Assembly (NCBI GenBank): GCA_043228905.1
Contig: JBHGNT010000008.1
Span: 18,476,001-18,540,000, forward strand
Length of the DNA stretch: 64,000 nucleotides
Source: Azolla caroliniana
Taxonomy: Eukaryota > Plantae > Polypodiophyta
Direction: 5' to 3'
Translations under genes and position numbers: made by a program
Part shown: positions 35,301 through 48,781 of the stretch, piece by piece
How positions within the stretch are numbered: the first letter of the stretch is position 1
Layout: each line of letters begins with the position of its first letter
Notes under the pieces: generated by a model
The model's input: only the letters and a program-made list of their open reading frames with translations
The model's database searches: none
Told to the model about the DNA's origin: nothing

Positions 35301-37380
35301 TATCTGTATTTCTTGAGTCATCTTCAGGAATTCCTTTTTGATGATTCGCCCCTGCAATAGGATTTCATCAATGTCAAATCATCCTCCCTTTTTCAAGATT
35401 GATTGACGGATTGGTTGGTGCCTTGGTCGGTTCTGTGCGACCTTTCGGTACCTTGGCTTGATTGGGGGATTTGGTCATTTCGACTTTGTCTCTTTCACCT
35501 CTTTTCAATCTCTTAGTCGAATCTATTTCGATTGGTGGACCTCTTGCCGATTCTGATTTGCTAGCGGGACCGTTGGCTTGGTTTTCTTTGACTATTTGTC
35601 GAATTTCCGATTCAGCCCGGTGGGTCGGTCCTTCTATGACATCTTTGTCGATTTCGAAGGAAACATTTTTGCCAACTATTTTCTACTGGTTCCGTCTAGA
35701 GAGAATATAATCTTCATTGAAGACTACGTCACTACTCTGGATCAATTTCCGGTTCTCTAGGTCCCACAACCTATAGCCGAATTCCCCATCGGTTCCATAA
35801 CGGAGAAATATACACTTCAGTGCATGGGGTGCCAACTTGATCCTTTCGTCCCTAGGGATGAATGCATAGGCTTCGCATCCGAATATACGAAGTCTGTCAT
35901 AGGTTAGTTGTTTGCCTGACCTAGTGCCTGTGGCACTTCGAGCCGCATTGCCCTCAACGGTGATAGATTTTTCAAATAGACGGTCGTCTGTAGTGCCTCG
36001 GCCTAGAATTCCAGCTTTAGTCTAGAGTGTTGGAGCATTGTCGCCACCCTCTCCTGGATCGTTCGGTTGAGCCGTTCTGCCACTCCATTCGGCATGGGTG
36101 TGTAAGGGACAGTTTTTGGTGTCGGATCCCTTTGTTGGAGGTACTGTTTGAAGGCTCGGGAGCTGTATTCACCTCGATTTTCGGATCAGAGTGTCTTCAC
36201 TCAGTATCCCAATCGGTTCTCCACTTCAGCTATCCATTGAGTGAAGACCTCGAGCACTTCGTCTTTCGTCCTAATTGACTAGGCCTAGACCTTCCATGCA
36301 CAGTCATCTATGAATGTGATGAAGTAACGGGAACCTCCTAGTGATATTTCGGGCATCGGCCCACATATATCTGTGTGAACCAGTTCTAGGGGTTGATGTA
36401 CCATCTCTTAGTGGGGGAGTGTGGACTTCGGGTCTGTTTCCCGTAACAACAATGCTCGTAGAAGTTCACCTTTGTCTGGAGCTCCGGGATGTAGTTGATC
36501 GCCATCAACCAATCAAATCCGGCTTGAGACATATGGCCGAGTTGGCCATGCCATAAGTTTGTCCCATGATTCAGTTATGTTCACAACCCCTTCTCGACTG
36601 ATTGCCATTAATGGATACAAGTTATTGTACTTGCATCCATTTCCTATCTTCATATTTCCTCGACTGATCATCCATGATGACTCATTGAGAGTCGTTTTGT
36701 ACCTGGCTTCGGCTAGCATGCCGATGGAGACCAGACTCCTCTTCAGCGCGGGTACATGCTGGACTTGGTGCAGGGTGATAGTATTGCCATTTGGCAATTG
36801 GATGGGGACCTCTCTGATCCCTGCGATTGCGCACTCTTGCGTGTTGCCTAGTTGGACTGTGTCGTTGGCTCTAGCCGAACAGTTTGAAAACCATTCGATA
36901 TTTGGGGTCACATGAAAGGTTGCGCCAGAGTCCAATAGCCACGTTTATGCGTCTTGTGCACTTTATAGGACTTCTCCAATAATCGAGTCCTCTAGAGAGA
37001 GAATTTCTCCTAATCGAGAGTCGGCAACATTGATTTGGTTGTCATCTGGAGAATGGTTCGAGTCGGATCGTCCTGAGTTCCACTCAAATCGTCGACGTTT
37101 CTCCTTTCTCTTGATTGACCAGCAATCAGAAACATTGTGACCAGGTTTTCTGCAGTGGGTGCAGAAATCACATGATCAACTATTCCTCAACTTCGACTAT
37201 TGTCGGTCTCCCCTCTTTCTTGGTCAACTAGTGTTCCGACCGATTCTTTCGACTTGTTCTCTCGATCGACTTCGTTGAGTGGTGGGGTTCTGTCGACCCA
37301 TCAACGGTAAGTCCCATCGATTTTCGCCAAATGTCCTCGATGAGGACTTCTCCGATCATCTCATCTAGATTTAGATTCGG
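32309..37380 (-). mobile_element. 5'-truncated degenerate Ty1/copia retrotransposon
   Basis: Domain order knuckle (CTHCRKPGHNVSDC ~37120-37170), protease (WLLDSGATFH ~36935), integrase (RYFITFIDD, LxSENRGEY, GVAER), RT (DVKTTFLHGDL, LYVDDML, YTSAVGSIMYAM), RNase H (YTDSDY..RKSTSGY, EAEYIA). 3' LTR TGTTGG..CCAACA at 32309-32581 with adjacent PPT. Confidence 0.92.
33372..33925. mobile_element. 554-bp solo LTR inserted in the copia RNase H
   Basis: TG..CA ends with perfect 5-bp TSD CTATG (33367-33371 / 33926-33930). Splits EAEYI|ATSEATKEAIW. Confidence 0.9.
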
Positions 37381-40076
37381 ACAACTATTGGCAAAGATCG
37401 TGCAAAAGAAACTCATAGTATATTACCCTCATGCAAATGGCTTGGCGGAATCCACCAACAAAACACTACAAAGAATTCCCAAAAAGATCGTGAATGACCA
37501 TCAAACGGACTGCACCTAGGATTGCAATCTGTACTTTGGGCAGCCCGAACAGCTCACCATTTCAACTATGTATGGGTTGGAAACCATTGTCCCACTGGAA
37601 GTTGTCGTTCCTAGTTTGCGCATTGTAGTGCGCGAACGGTTGGATGAAAATGCAAGTAGACAAGCCAATATGGGAGGCCTACTCAAATTGGATGAGCAAT
37701 GGCAAGAGAGTGAGATCATCTGAGAGGTCCAACAAGCAAAATGAGTTGGTTGGGTTTAACTGACATCGTGAAAAATGCGAAAAGGAATTAAAACCAGGTG
37801 TTGTTGTGTTAGTATTCCAATCTCCTTCAGGATTAATGCTCAGAAAAATAAATTTGTATTGGATGGGCCCGTTTTGGATTGAAAGCATGTGCAGATGGTA
37901 CTTTTCGATTAGGAACTTTGCAAGGGAAATATATGTCAAAGTTGGTCAATGGATTTCGTTTACGAGCTTATCATAGTGAATTGCCTACCATCCCATTTTT
38001 AGTGGCAGTTGATTATCACCGAACACCTAGTTCCTTTTACATGCATGTTACACGCCTTCCCTTGAGTTCCCACGTGATTAGCAAGCTGACAACAAGAATT
38101 TAGACATAATTATAATTGAGGAACGTGAGAAAAAGAATTGTTGGTAGTTACACCAACTAGCTTACGGTTATCTATCCCTTCTTTCCTATTGGGAAAATAT
38201 TAAAAGAGGCACTATAAGGCATTCCAGACTCGATCAATGTAAACAGAGACTGAGAAGAACGTATTACAAGGCTTCTTTGTCTTGCTATTACTTTTTATCA
38301 CCTCGGTAATCCATGGTACCACAACATCAACCATAGCTTATCCTAATTCTTCAAAGCCCTCAAATATCAGTGTTATTGTCACTTCCAAAGCTCCATATCT
38401 GTTAGGCTTCAAGTCTCTAGATAATTACACAATGGTAATGATAGTTTTGTGTGCACTTGCACTTTCAACATGACGGGACGAAGCTGCATCATCCCATGTT
38501 GCAAGTGGGGACAAGCGACCAACCGACATTTTTTATAATTTTATCACGAGGTTGAAAAAGGCCAAGACGACGGAATCAATGGCGACAACGTCAATCACAT
38601 CGTAAATAGCAATGTCACTTGACCATTCACCATTATCGTTAGCAAAAAGAATGCATCATCTCATGTTCCAATATCTTTATTGCAAACTCAAGGTGGACTA
38701 CAAGATGTTGCAAGAACGTTTCAACGAAATGGATATTCACGTGCTAGAAAGTTTTGTAGGTTTTTCAGCTTCGCGTGAGACAAGACACAGATTGGAAAAA
38801 GGATCTTACGTCACAACTTTTAGAATGTAAAACAAAGTTGACAGAATTATAGAATCGACAATAACTCCATTAAAAAAGTATGATGGAAGAGCAACTACAA
38901 CTTGTGCCTCTATATGATTGAAGTTTTTTTGTCATAATCTCTGGTTTATGATTCCGAGGCATGGGAGTTTTCTGAGACAACAATCCGAGTTTCTTCTTTG
39001 TAAATTAATACCCAAATTCACAAACTTTGCCCCGAGCTTGGAATTCTAGGCCAAAACGTCTAGCACATTCCTCATTCGGTAGTAAATCATTTGAACAAAG
39101 GATTTACAAGAAACATTTGAGTATAGATATAATTTAAATTTACCAATAACATGAAATTCATGAATGAGTAGGTAGAATGAGTAAAGACTCGACTTTGTTA
39201 CATGGAGTGGCTTGAAATGTGAATAGATAAAAAAGATAGAGAATTCATATAGGGGGGTAGAACTTTAAGGGGATATCCTCGAGTTTTGGTTCAAAGGACC
39301 AATGACAGCTACCTAGAATGAGACAATTTGGATCATGGAGTCCAAAATGCTTGAGCATTGTTCTACAAGATATCACCAATATCTTTCCAATCAAGGTCAC
39401 CCAAAGGTTTCTACATATATTGTCGCCACATCATACTAACCATTGATGGCCATTATAATAGTGTAGGTAGCAATTGCACCAAAAGAGGATTCAAATGACA
39501 ACCTTATATCAAATTCAGCAAGAAAATTGCATTGCCTTATAACTCCTTCATTTAGCATAACACATCAGAATGAAGGATATAACCCCCACGAACAAGTATA
39601 TAATGTCCAGCGCCCCATATCTATCATCACCCCAAACAAAAAACACTCACTTTAGTGGAGATATAGCCAAATGAATTCTAAATCCAGTTATATATAGTCA
39701 TAGGCTTAATTTAGTTGGCCTCCTTTTTAAAAAGAACAAGCATTTGTGGGTCCCTTCCCATCATGAACTTTTGTTAGTGAAGAGATGAGAAAGGACCCCA
39801 CCCTCATTCATCCTCTTGAAAATCTACCTTCAAAACTTTCAAGTATTTGCAAAGGGATGTCATCACATTACCAAATTTAAAATTCTATACACACGAAAAA
39901 AAAAAACCAATAGACTATAAAAAGAGTCACAAATTTTAAACATAAACGTTAATACATACTTTTGACAAAAGAAACAATTAATACATACATTCTTGTCTTC
40001 ACCCATGTTAAGACAAATGAAATCCAGGCACCATAATATAGTGGTTTTTATGTTGTTTTTGATGAATTAAATGCCT

Positions 40077-41567
40077 TTATGTGCATATAGGACACTGAAT
40101 CAATCCATTCTCATTACATTCTGAGCACCTCAAGACACGATGATTGCCTTCGATTCGCACTTTACGACTTCCATTGCATTCTAAACAAGGCACGAAACGG
40201 ACACCACCACATCCATCACACACATCCCCCTTGTTCACATCTTTAGGAAGGCCTTCCAAAAGCTCACTCAGTTTGCCATCTTCATGAAGTTTCCCGACCT
40301 CATCTATACCTCCAATGTATCGGCCCTTGATAAAGATCCTCGGCACCGAAACAACCTTTCCCATGAGCTCTCGTAGCTCATTCAGAAACTCAAGATGCAT
40401 CGACACATCACGCTCATCCATGATCACATCAAAGTTCCGGAGAATGCCCCTCGCAACATTGCAGTCCTCGAACGTCTTGCGAATCCCACGAAGTGTTGTG
40501 GTGTAGATGACAACCTTGTTGTGACCACTAGGGGGACACTTTGCTTCGAAACTCTCCAATGGATCGTAGATTCTTCTGTCCAGCCCTCTAATGGGGCTCT
40601 TGTGCCGCAAATCCCAATCTCTTCCCGAGAGATATTGTAGATCTTCTTCATAAGATGCAACGAGGTCGGGATCAAACAAGGGGCTATTTGGTTCAGTTGA
40701 AACTAGATTGCTCGAAGATAATCCCGATGGGTTCATTTTTGCCGAAGGCGGTGTATATGGGATTGAATACTTTTTCATCATCACATGTGGTTTGGATGGA
40801 CACAACTCCTTCATGGGCACAATGGCATGATCAATCGAGCGAAGAAGAAACCGATTGCTTGCGATGCTTTCCTTTCTTAGAAGAAGAGGGCTTCTTGTCG
40901 GCATTAATGCTGTATTCGCAATGTTTGGGATTGAATTCTCTTTACCCAATTCTTCTTCAACATTGTTATCCATCTCATTCGATTCGAGCCCGCCCACATT
41001 CTTAACTATTCTTAGCTTTTTCTTATCAGGCCTCTGATTGTTGATTTGTCTCCGCTTCGGCTTCATTGAGGTAGAGAAGGTTGTTTGAGAAGCCAATTCA
41101 TGGATAGATTCTTCATGAATTTGTGATGATAATGATGATGATGATGATGCAGCTTCTTCAAGACCCATCATCATGTCTCCCACATTAATGCTCTCTGAAA
41201 TTGCATACTCTGGTGAACCCAAATTCATCCTAACATTTGATTTATAGGCTGCATCCATCTGTGTCTTCTTTTGAATAGCTTCTTCATCCATTCCTAAATT
41301 ACTCAGTTTACCATACATCTCTGTCAATGTCCCTGTTTCCACCCCTTTCTCATTCATCTTCTTCTGTGAAATGATGCTGCTCTTGATTGGTGAATCGACT
41401 TTCATGAAACCATACGAAGTTGAGGTGAGAGAAACGCAATGGCGATGGTAGTACTGAACAGAAGAATTGGTAGAATTCATCTTTGGTGAAATTTGAACTG
41501 GACAAATACACAATCCATCATCCACTGATGCCTGTTCCCTGAGTAATTTGGAGGATATACAGCCCAT
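40077..41567 (-). CDS. Glutaredoxin-like protein with C-terminal four-CxxC zinc-finger (plant GRX-like class, At5g39865/At3g28850-type); single exon, 496 aa
   Basis: VVIYTTTLRGIRKTFEDC, ERDVSMH, VPRIFIKGRYIGG, CDGCGGVRFVPCLECNGS..RCSECNENGLIQCPIC. The MGC N-terminus fits a myristoylation/S-acylation pattern. Confidence 0.95.
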   Translation of the reverse strand: MGCISSKLLREQASVDDGLCICPVQISPKMNSTNSSVQYYHRHCVSLTSTSYGFMKVDSPIKSSIISQKKMNEKGVETGTLTEMYGKLSNLGMDEEAIQKKTQMDAAYKSNVRMNLGSPEYAISESINVGDMMMGLEEAASSSSSLSSQIHEESIHELASQTTFSTSMKPKRRQINNQRPDKKKLRIVKNVGGLESNEMDNNVEEELGKENSIPNIANTALMPTRSPLLLRKESIASNRFLLRSIDHAIVPMKELCPSKPHVMMKKYSIPYTPPSAKMNPSGLSSSNLVSTEPNSPLFDPDLVASYEEDLQYLSGRDWDLRHKSPIRGLDRRIYDPLESFEAKCPPSGHNKVVIYTTTLRGIRKTFEDCNVARGILRNFDVIMDERDVSMHLEFLNELRELMGKVVSVPRIFIKGRYIGGIDEVGKLHEDGKLSELLEGLPKDVNKGDVCDGCGGVRFVPCLECNGSRKVRIEGNHRVLRCSECNENGLIQCPICT

Positions 41568-42074
41568 ACTTGAACCAAACTAAAGATGGTTCCCGTGATC
41601 TACAGCCCAAGAATTCACTGTTATTGGAAATACAAACGGATCTCGAATGAATAACATATGCATAGATGCACACGAGAAACGTATAAAATAGCCGACTTAA
41701 AACAAATCTTGAGCTATGTAAGATTTACCTCGATGAAAATTCTCCAGATTTGAGCTATGTCAGAGCGAAACGATTTCCACGATTCATTCGGTATATATTT
41801 ATAAACACTTAATACAGGGGAGTTGAAAACAAGTAGATTTTTGGCTGTTTTGTTTTGGGCAGAATCAGTGATTTGCAAGGGGCTTAGATGCAGAAATAGC
41901 AGATGGGCAGTTGTTGGCAGAATTCATAGCAGATGGCCTTAATCTTCATGAGTAGGAGGGGGACTATGTGCTCTGTTTCTATAGTACTTTCTATTCTATG
42001 CACACTCTGCAGAGCTTCTTCTCCCATATCTCTGCCATGCGAACAAAACCCTAATATTCAGAAATGCTACAAAG

Positions 42075-42116
42075 AAGAAGAAGAAGAAGAAGAAGAAGAA
42101 GAAGAAGAAGAAGAAG
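42075..42116. repeat. (GAA)n microsatellite
   Basis: About 14 consecutive GAA units. Confidence 0.95.
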
Positions 42117-42317
42117 CCCAATCAGAAGTATGATCAAAATGAATGGGATGTTTGTTTGTGAGGGAAAAAATGAATGAAGTTTTGAAAAAGAGCGAGAAAA
42201 ACAAGAAAAAAAAACAAAAAGGCTGCAAAAAAAATTAAAAAACAGGTAAAAACCATTCATTATTATTATTATGAATGAAAATCACAACGGCCCTTTTTGA
42301 GAATCGAGTGTATGTGA

Positions 42318-42800
<483 letters not shown>

Positions 42801-43146
42801 TATATCTATACATATCTATATCTGAATCTATATCTTGTATGTGTATGTGTATATCATATACATATGTATGTGTTTTCTTTGTGTCAAAAGGAACCCCTTC
42901 ACAACAATCATGTTTATATGATATGCCTATAGAGTGCATGCATGCATATATGTATGTCTCTCAAAGTAATTTTTGTCCAACCGTCCAAAATATGCGTTTG
43001 GTTGAAAGGGCTCAGGTCTAGATCTTTCCCAATATCTTGTCATCTCATAATATGAACTTTCAATGTGAACCGGCTTATCCGTATTACCAATTGCACGAGA
43101 AGTTGTTTATAAAATCACTTTCAATATCATTGTCGTTGTGTTATTG

Positions 43147-43163
43147 GATATAAATGAGTTTTC

Positions 43164-43207
<44 letters not shown>
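43147..43207. repeat. (TA)n microsatellite
   Basis: About 30 TA units. Confidence 0.95.
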
Positions 43208-43210
<3 letters not shown>

Positions 43211-43353
43211 TAGTGTGCACATGATACGGCTAGTCTTAATAAGAGTTATCCTCGTGTAGATACATATTTGCCAGATTTCTTCAATTTGCACATCAATTTC
43301 ATCATACAACTTGAGTTTAGAGTACAACCAAACATACGGTTCTTTGTTGATAC

Positions 43354-43861
43354 TAACAATCGGCAACGGTCCAGTTCGGTTTGAGCCCTCTCAAACCGAA
43401 CTGGTTTGGAACCGAACCGTTTAAATTTTTTGAAACTTGAACCAAACCACGAAATTGTTAAACATTTTTCAAACCGTTAAACCATTAAACCTTAAAAACC
43501 GTGGTTTTGTGATTCGGTTTCGGTTTTCAACTTACGTCTATTTTATTTTATTTTTTAATTTTTTAATTTTTTAATTTTTTAATTTTTTAATATTTCATTG
43601 TTTTAAATTTTTTAAATTTTAAAGACGTTCCTAAAATGTGAGAATAAGGTCTAAAAATGAAAAGATTGTTTAAAAACAATTTTTTTAATTTTTTTTAAAA
43701 AAATAATTGAAATAAGAAATAAAAAACCGTTTAAACCGCGGTTTCTGACTATTGAAACCAAACCAAACATTTTTTAAAAACCGAACCATTGAAACCATTA
43801 AGCCATTAAGTCGTAGTTTTGTGGTTCGGTTCAGTTCAACTCAAACCGTTGCCGATTGTTA
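43354..43861. mobile_element. 508-bp hAT MITE, family B (AACCG-rich subterminal repeats)
   Basis: Perfect 17-bp TIR TAACAATCGGCAACGGT and perfect 8-bp TSD GTTGATAC (43346-43353 / 43862-43869). Confidence 0.93.
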
Positions 43862-45023
43862 GTTGATACAGATAAGTGCAAATGTTTGTGGACTTTGAGT
43901 TTTTCACGTTTTTAAGTTGGTTAAAATACAACTCACGCGCATTTTTGAGAGAGTAGAAGGAGATGGAATCAATCAACCCAAAACAAAACATGACTTGGAG
44001 TTCAATCAACGAGTTGGTCCTTCCATCATGTGGGCATTCGCTCACAAACATGGTCACTTGCACACAAAGTTGTTGTCAAATCAAACAATACTAAATGTAT
44101 AACAATACTAAAGACATAACTTCTAACTAGTGAAGTATTGAAAACTAGGATATAAAAAAAATGTCATTTGTGAGAAATTCGCTAAATTTGGCAACTTGAA
44201 AAACACCTTGGTTATCTTTGTAATTTCAATCGAGTGGTAAATGAATAGAAGTGTTGAACTACTCCAATGATATAATCTACATTGTCCATATGAGTATGAT
44301 ACATCTAATCAAACAAACAAGAGACCGCTTAACAAAAACATGCCAATTAAGTGAGGTGCTTTATTGATTGTTATTCTAATGATATACATTGATAAAGATA
44401 GAGAGAATGGAACTTAATGTATTATTTACTCATGTTGCCATGAATAAAGGGCAAGTGAAAGTTGAGAATATGTTTGGAGAAAGATAGAATTATAAATCAT
44501 GTAGCAATATATCATGGGCAATGACAAGAAGGGCTCTAATCGTGAGGGAGATGTGCATTGCCCATTTGTCCATAGGGTTAAGGTTTGTTATTCATTGGAA
44601 CTTGATCAATGACTGAGACACATATTGTGTGCAACATCTACAAAGGAAATGTAATGTTTGCATCACGAATAACCACACTCAACTTGTTGGGTAGTTAGTC
44701 CTAATAGCTGGACAATGGCATTAAACTGGAAACATCAGAAGGATGTCCTTAGTAGATGGTAAGATTTGTATTCAAGGCACAATAGTATATGTTATTCTTA
44801 TGGTAGTAACGGTGGGCTAAATAAAGTATTGTTAATCCTAGTATGATAATTAGGAATAAAAAATAACATAGTATTTTGTAGACATGTGTAGTTACACATT
44901 TAGGGAAATATCAACGAATTTAAAAGACGATTATGAGGGTCTAACTAATAAATTGATTGACATTTAGTAATTTTACAAACTACTTCTATTTTTTTCCCAA
45001 TTATATAGTTTGAAGGTGCTCAT

Positions 45024-45070
<47 letters not shown>

Positions 45071-45075
<5 letters not shown>

Positions 45076-47960
45076 TAGAATTAGAATTAGAATTTTTATT
45101 GTCCATAAAGAGGCCAAATTTGACCTATGGGACCAGAGTATACATGTGTTCTTGATATGTGTCTCTTTCCTAAAAAGGGGTATTCATACATTGAAGCACA
45201 AAGTCTCTATGTGTGAATAAAGCATACACATATGAGCTCAACCTTCTCGGTGGTGTCTTAAGTATGACACTTAAGTTATCACTCCCTCTTAGTATGACAA
45301 CATATCTTGAACGAATTGCACTATATGTCGAGCATGTGAAGACCAAGTGGCATTCATCCTCTACCATGCCTTCATTGCATACTTTGCATGTCTTCAAGTT
45401 AGTTACATTTTGATACCATGATGCAACTTCAATACCTAACTTGTGAGATCGAATGCAAAGTAGTGTAAGGGCTCTATGAGCATTACTACTCATATTGGTA
45501 ATGAGATAAGGTTGGATACGATCAATAGGCATTCTTGCTTTATATTGAGACCAATATTCAAGGTTGACATTTGCAACGTAGTATTCTAGCTTTGTCCTCT
45601 TAGCATCTTCCCACTTTATCCTTAATGATTCCACCAACCTTTCCTCAATCATTACATATTGCATAGCATTGCCCGAAAGCTCTAAAAGATCATCCACACC
45701 CCATCTTCTAAACCATTTCCTTATGTCAACAACCCAATCAGATGAGAGAATTGAAAAGAATAGCGTGTGGAACCTTGTAGACAAACCGGCTCAGCCGGAT
45801 TACAACAATAAAAAGAGAATGAAGGTTTAATGGAAGCTTAAGAACAAAGAATACACAAGAGAGACAGAGAGAGAGAAAAGCATAAACTCGATTCAAAATA
45901 ATAACACTGTGTACATACAATGTGCTCAGTGAGGACTTTTAATACAAGCCCATAAAGGACTGACAAGTACTTCACTGCTCATACAAGCGACTGACACTAA
46001 CTCCCAAAAGATACGCCTATTGTACTAGGCTAGATCCATAGGCCTCTAACGACCTACCGGTTACAATATGATCCGGCTCTTGGTTTCAGATACCATCTAG
46101 ACACTGATCTGGTTCTCTGTTTTGGACGTTGATTCGGCTCTGGTTTATTCAGCCGATCCGGATCCGGTTTAGCTTGTCCCCTCAAGCTCAACTTGAGATC
46201 GGATCATGGTGTCAGTATTTATGGTAGTCGGTCCTCTCCTCTGGCTCTCCTTGGCGTCCTCCTGCCTGGCTCATGCTCCTTGACCCGTCCAATTTTGCGC
46301 ACCTCGACCTTCTCGGTCGCCTTGTCTACTCATGAGGCCCATCTCAGCTCCTTTGTTGTCGCGACTTCGACGCTTCTTGACCCATCAGTTCCTCCGTCAC
46401 AGTGTTGACTTCCGCTACCACCTTGTTCGTTTGGCCTTCAGTTGATCCGGCTCCTCCGAATCAAACACCTCTTCCGAATCGGGTGCCTCTGATTCATTCC
46501 AACTCTTATCCGAATTGGCTATCTCCAATTCGTCATCAGTCTTCAGGCCCTTTATCATATCAGACCACGTCCGGGTCTTGGCCTTCTTCTTCCGGTCGGC
46601 TCTATCCTTCTTGACTCTGTTGCCGTCGCCGCTTGTTTCGACTTTCTTGGATGTGTCAACTTCTTCAATCGACTCGATTTCCTTTTTCTTCTAGTATGAG
46701 ACGATGTATAAAAGACAAGGACTTTAGTTTTCACTAGATTCACTACCAATCCTCGTTGTGTGCAAAATTCATATAGGGCATCAAGGTGCTTTTGTAAGTC
46801 GTGTTCAGACTCCAAGAGCAAAACTACGTCATCTGCATAGAGTAAGAGACTAACTTGTGTACCCCCAATGACTACTCTGTTGCCTCCCTTATGAGCAATA
46901 AATCAGTGATCTCATCAATGTAGATTCCAAAAAGAGTCGGTGATAGGGGGAAACCTTGTTTTACACCAATAGTGCGGGTGAAACAATTGGATAGGCCACC
47001 TGGGCATCTTACGCACCCAGAGACTTGCTCATATAGAGCATAGATGGCCCATATAATGTCATTTGGTATCCCCATGCTTTAAAACCTATCAAACAACCGC
47101 TCCCTAGGAACTGTGTCAAAGGCTTTGCGAAAGTCTACAAAGCAACAATATAGTTTCTTCTTGCGAGCTTTCGTCTGGTCAATTAAGCATCTAAGTGTGA
47201 AGATATGGTCAATAGTGGAGAAGGCTCAGCTAAAGGCAACCTGCTCAGGTGCTCGAAGACTTATTAAGGTTTTCATATAATCGCTGAGCTTTGCCTTCAT
47301 TACCGCACCCTATATTTTAGTGAGCGTATGACCTATCATAATGGTCCTATATGTATTTGGGTCCATTGGCTCCCCTCCTTTATGTATAGGGGCCACTGTG
47401 TTCATGGTCCATTATGGTGGAAAACCCTCAGCGAGGGCGCGGTTGAAGATTAGTGTGAGAAAAGGAGCTAGGCACTCTCGAGCATATATGATGTGTTCGG
47501 CTCGCAATCCTGTGTGGTCCATGGACTTCCTATGTTGACCCTAGAGGTCGTTAAAAGTGTCCCCATGGTAGGTCGAGGTGTGGAAGGCATGGGAATGGGT
47601 GGTTGATTCGAGACGTGGTAGAGTCTCTCTATATATGTGTGCCAAGTGTTGGGATCCTCGATGGGTGTTTGTGGTCTCAATTCCCGTAGTCTCTTCCATG
47701 CAAGCACACAATCCCTACACATGAGCATGCGATAGAGTTCCCAATATTGAGATGCTTCCCAAGCTCGTCTTTTACGACATGTCATCTTGCGCATCTCTTT
47801 GCGAGCCTGTACTAAGGAAGTAGTACCGCTAAGTCGCGATACTTTAAGTTGTCTATACAAGTCTCTACAATCCTCATCATACCACCTATTCCGTGGCATA
47901 GACCATATTCTAGTTTGATTGGAGTGTTTCGTGTATGGGAAGCTACTAATTGTTGCTAAG
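45071..47960 (-). mobile_element. 5'-truncated non-L1 LINE (RTEX/L2-like), with a short tandem-repeat 3' tail next to a (GA)n microsatellite
   Basis: WYDEDC, YRTIMIG, CCFVDFRKAFDTV, GVKQGFPLSPTLFGIYID, LLYADD (46839-46828), VNLVKTKV. C-terminus SHKLGIE..CKVC..EDECHLVFTC. 3' AATAAAA plus (ATTCTA)n tail at ~45075-45100. Confidence 0.85.
45738..46672 (-). mobile_element. LTR-retrotransposon 3' fragment (LTR plus adjacent internal region) inserted in the LINE
   Basis: The reverse complement of ~46185-46140 matches the start of solo LTR 15887 (GGACAAGCTRAACCGGATCCGGATC). It replaces part of LINE ORF2. Confidence 0.7.
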
Positions 47961-48597
47961 TGAAGGATGTGTGTGTTCAGCAGTGAGGTTCTCTAAAGGC
48001 AAGGAAGAATCAAGAGAGAAAGAAAGAAAGATATATTAACATCTTCTAAGACCAAAATGAGAGAGAGAGAGAGAGCAAAGGAGAGGATAACAATCTTGAA
48101 GAAATGTATGGTGAGGTGTCAAATGTCTTCCTTCATATGACAAAATAACACATCATGGCAACAACCACCCATGCGATTTGATTCTGTTGGTCGATCATTG
48201 TCCCCAACCTCTCCCATTGGGAGATTGTCCTCGGGGAGATCGTTGTGGGCTTTGTCCTACCCAGACTCTTATGAGTTTCGAAGGCCACAATGGGCTGACA
48301 CCTGGAAAATAGAAGATCAACACGAACGAACGTTTTGTCACAAACATGTATGGTAGTGACACACAAAGATGATGAACTTATGAAATTTCTGATTCCTGTT
48401 AGTAGTAGTAGTAATAATAATAATAATAACTAATCATTCTATTATTCCTTAAACCTTAGAACTTTAGATATAATAATATTAATACTAATAGTAATAATGA
48501 TAAATGAATAATTCTATTATTCCTTAGACCCGAGAACCCCAGATACAATAGTAATGAATAATTATATTAACAATAACAATAGAACCCTTAAACCCCA

Positions 48598-48654
48598 TAT
48601 AACAATAACAATAACAATAACAATAACAATAACAATAACAACAACAACAACAAC

Positions 48655-48700
<46 letters not shown>
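48598..48700. repeat. (ATAACA)n/(AAC)n/(AAT)n microsatellite immediately upstream of the HTH-RRM gene
   Basis: Directly visible. Confidence 0.9.
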
Positions 48701-48704
<4 letters not shown>

Positions 48705-48709
48705 TCCTT

Positions 48710-48717
48710 AAACCCTA
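48710..48717 (+). promoter_or_regulatory. Telo-box (AAACCCTA) about 65 bp upstream of the ATG
   Basis: Exact AAACCCTA at a typical proximal position, with degenerate copies at ~48450-48600. Function is inferred only. Confidence 0.4.
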
Positions 48718-48781
48718 GAAACTCAGACAGAAGCAGGAGGAGAAGCTGCAGAAAGTAGAAGAAAGGAGGCGGAAGGCGAAG

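Larger units (their letters stand above)
31300..38000 (+). mobile_element. Degenerate Ty3/gypsy pol remnant (RT end and RNase H ~31300-32280; integrase end ~37380-38000), split by a copia element
   Basis: HIVSKEGIA, PFHIFIDASNIAIGSIL, RNYSTIEREALG, FHVDHS. After the copia: PHANGLAESTNK, WMGPFWI, LVNGFRL. Confidence 0.85.

Noticed and set aside
39100-39620. Possible further minus-strand LINE fragment
   Set aside because: Only vague peptide resemblance with many stops; cannot be supported without a search.
48450-48720. Interstitial telomere repeat
   Set aside because: Only isolated AAACCCT-like motifs and no tandem (CCCTAAA)n array.
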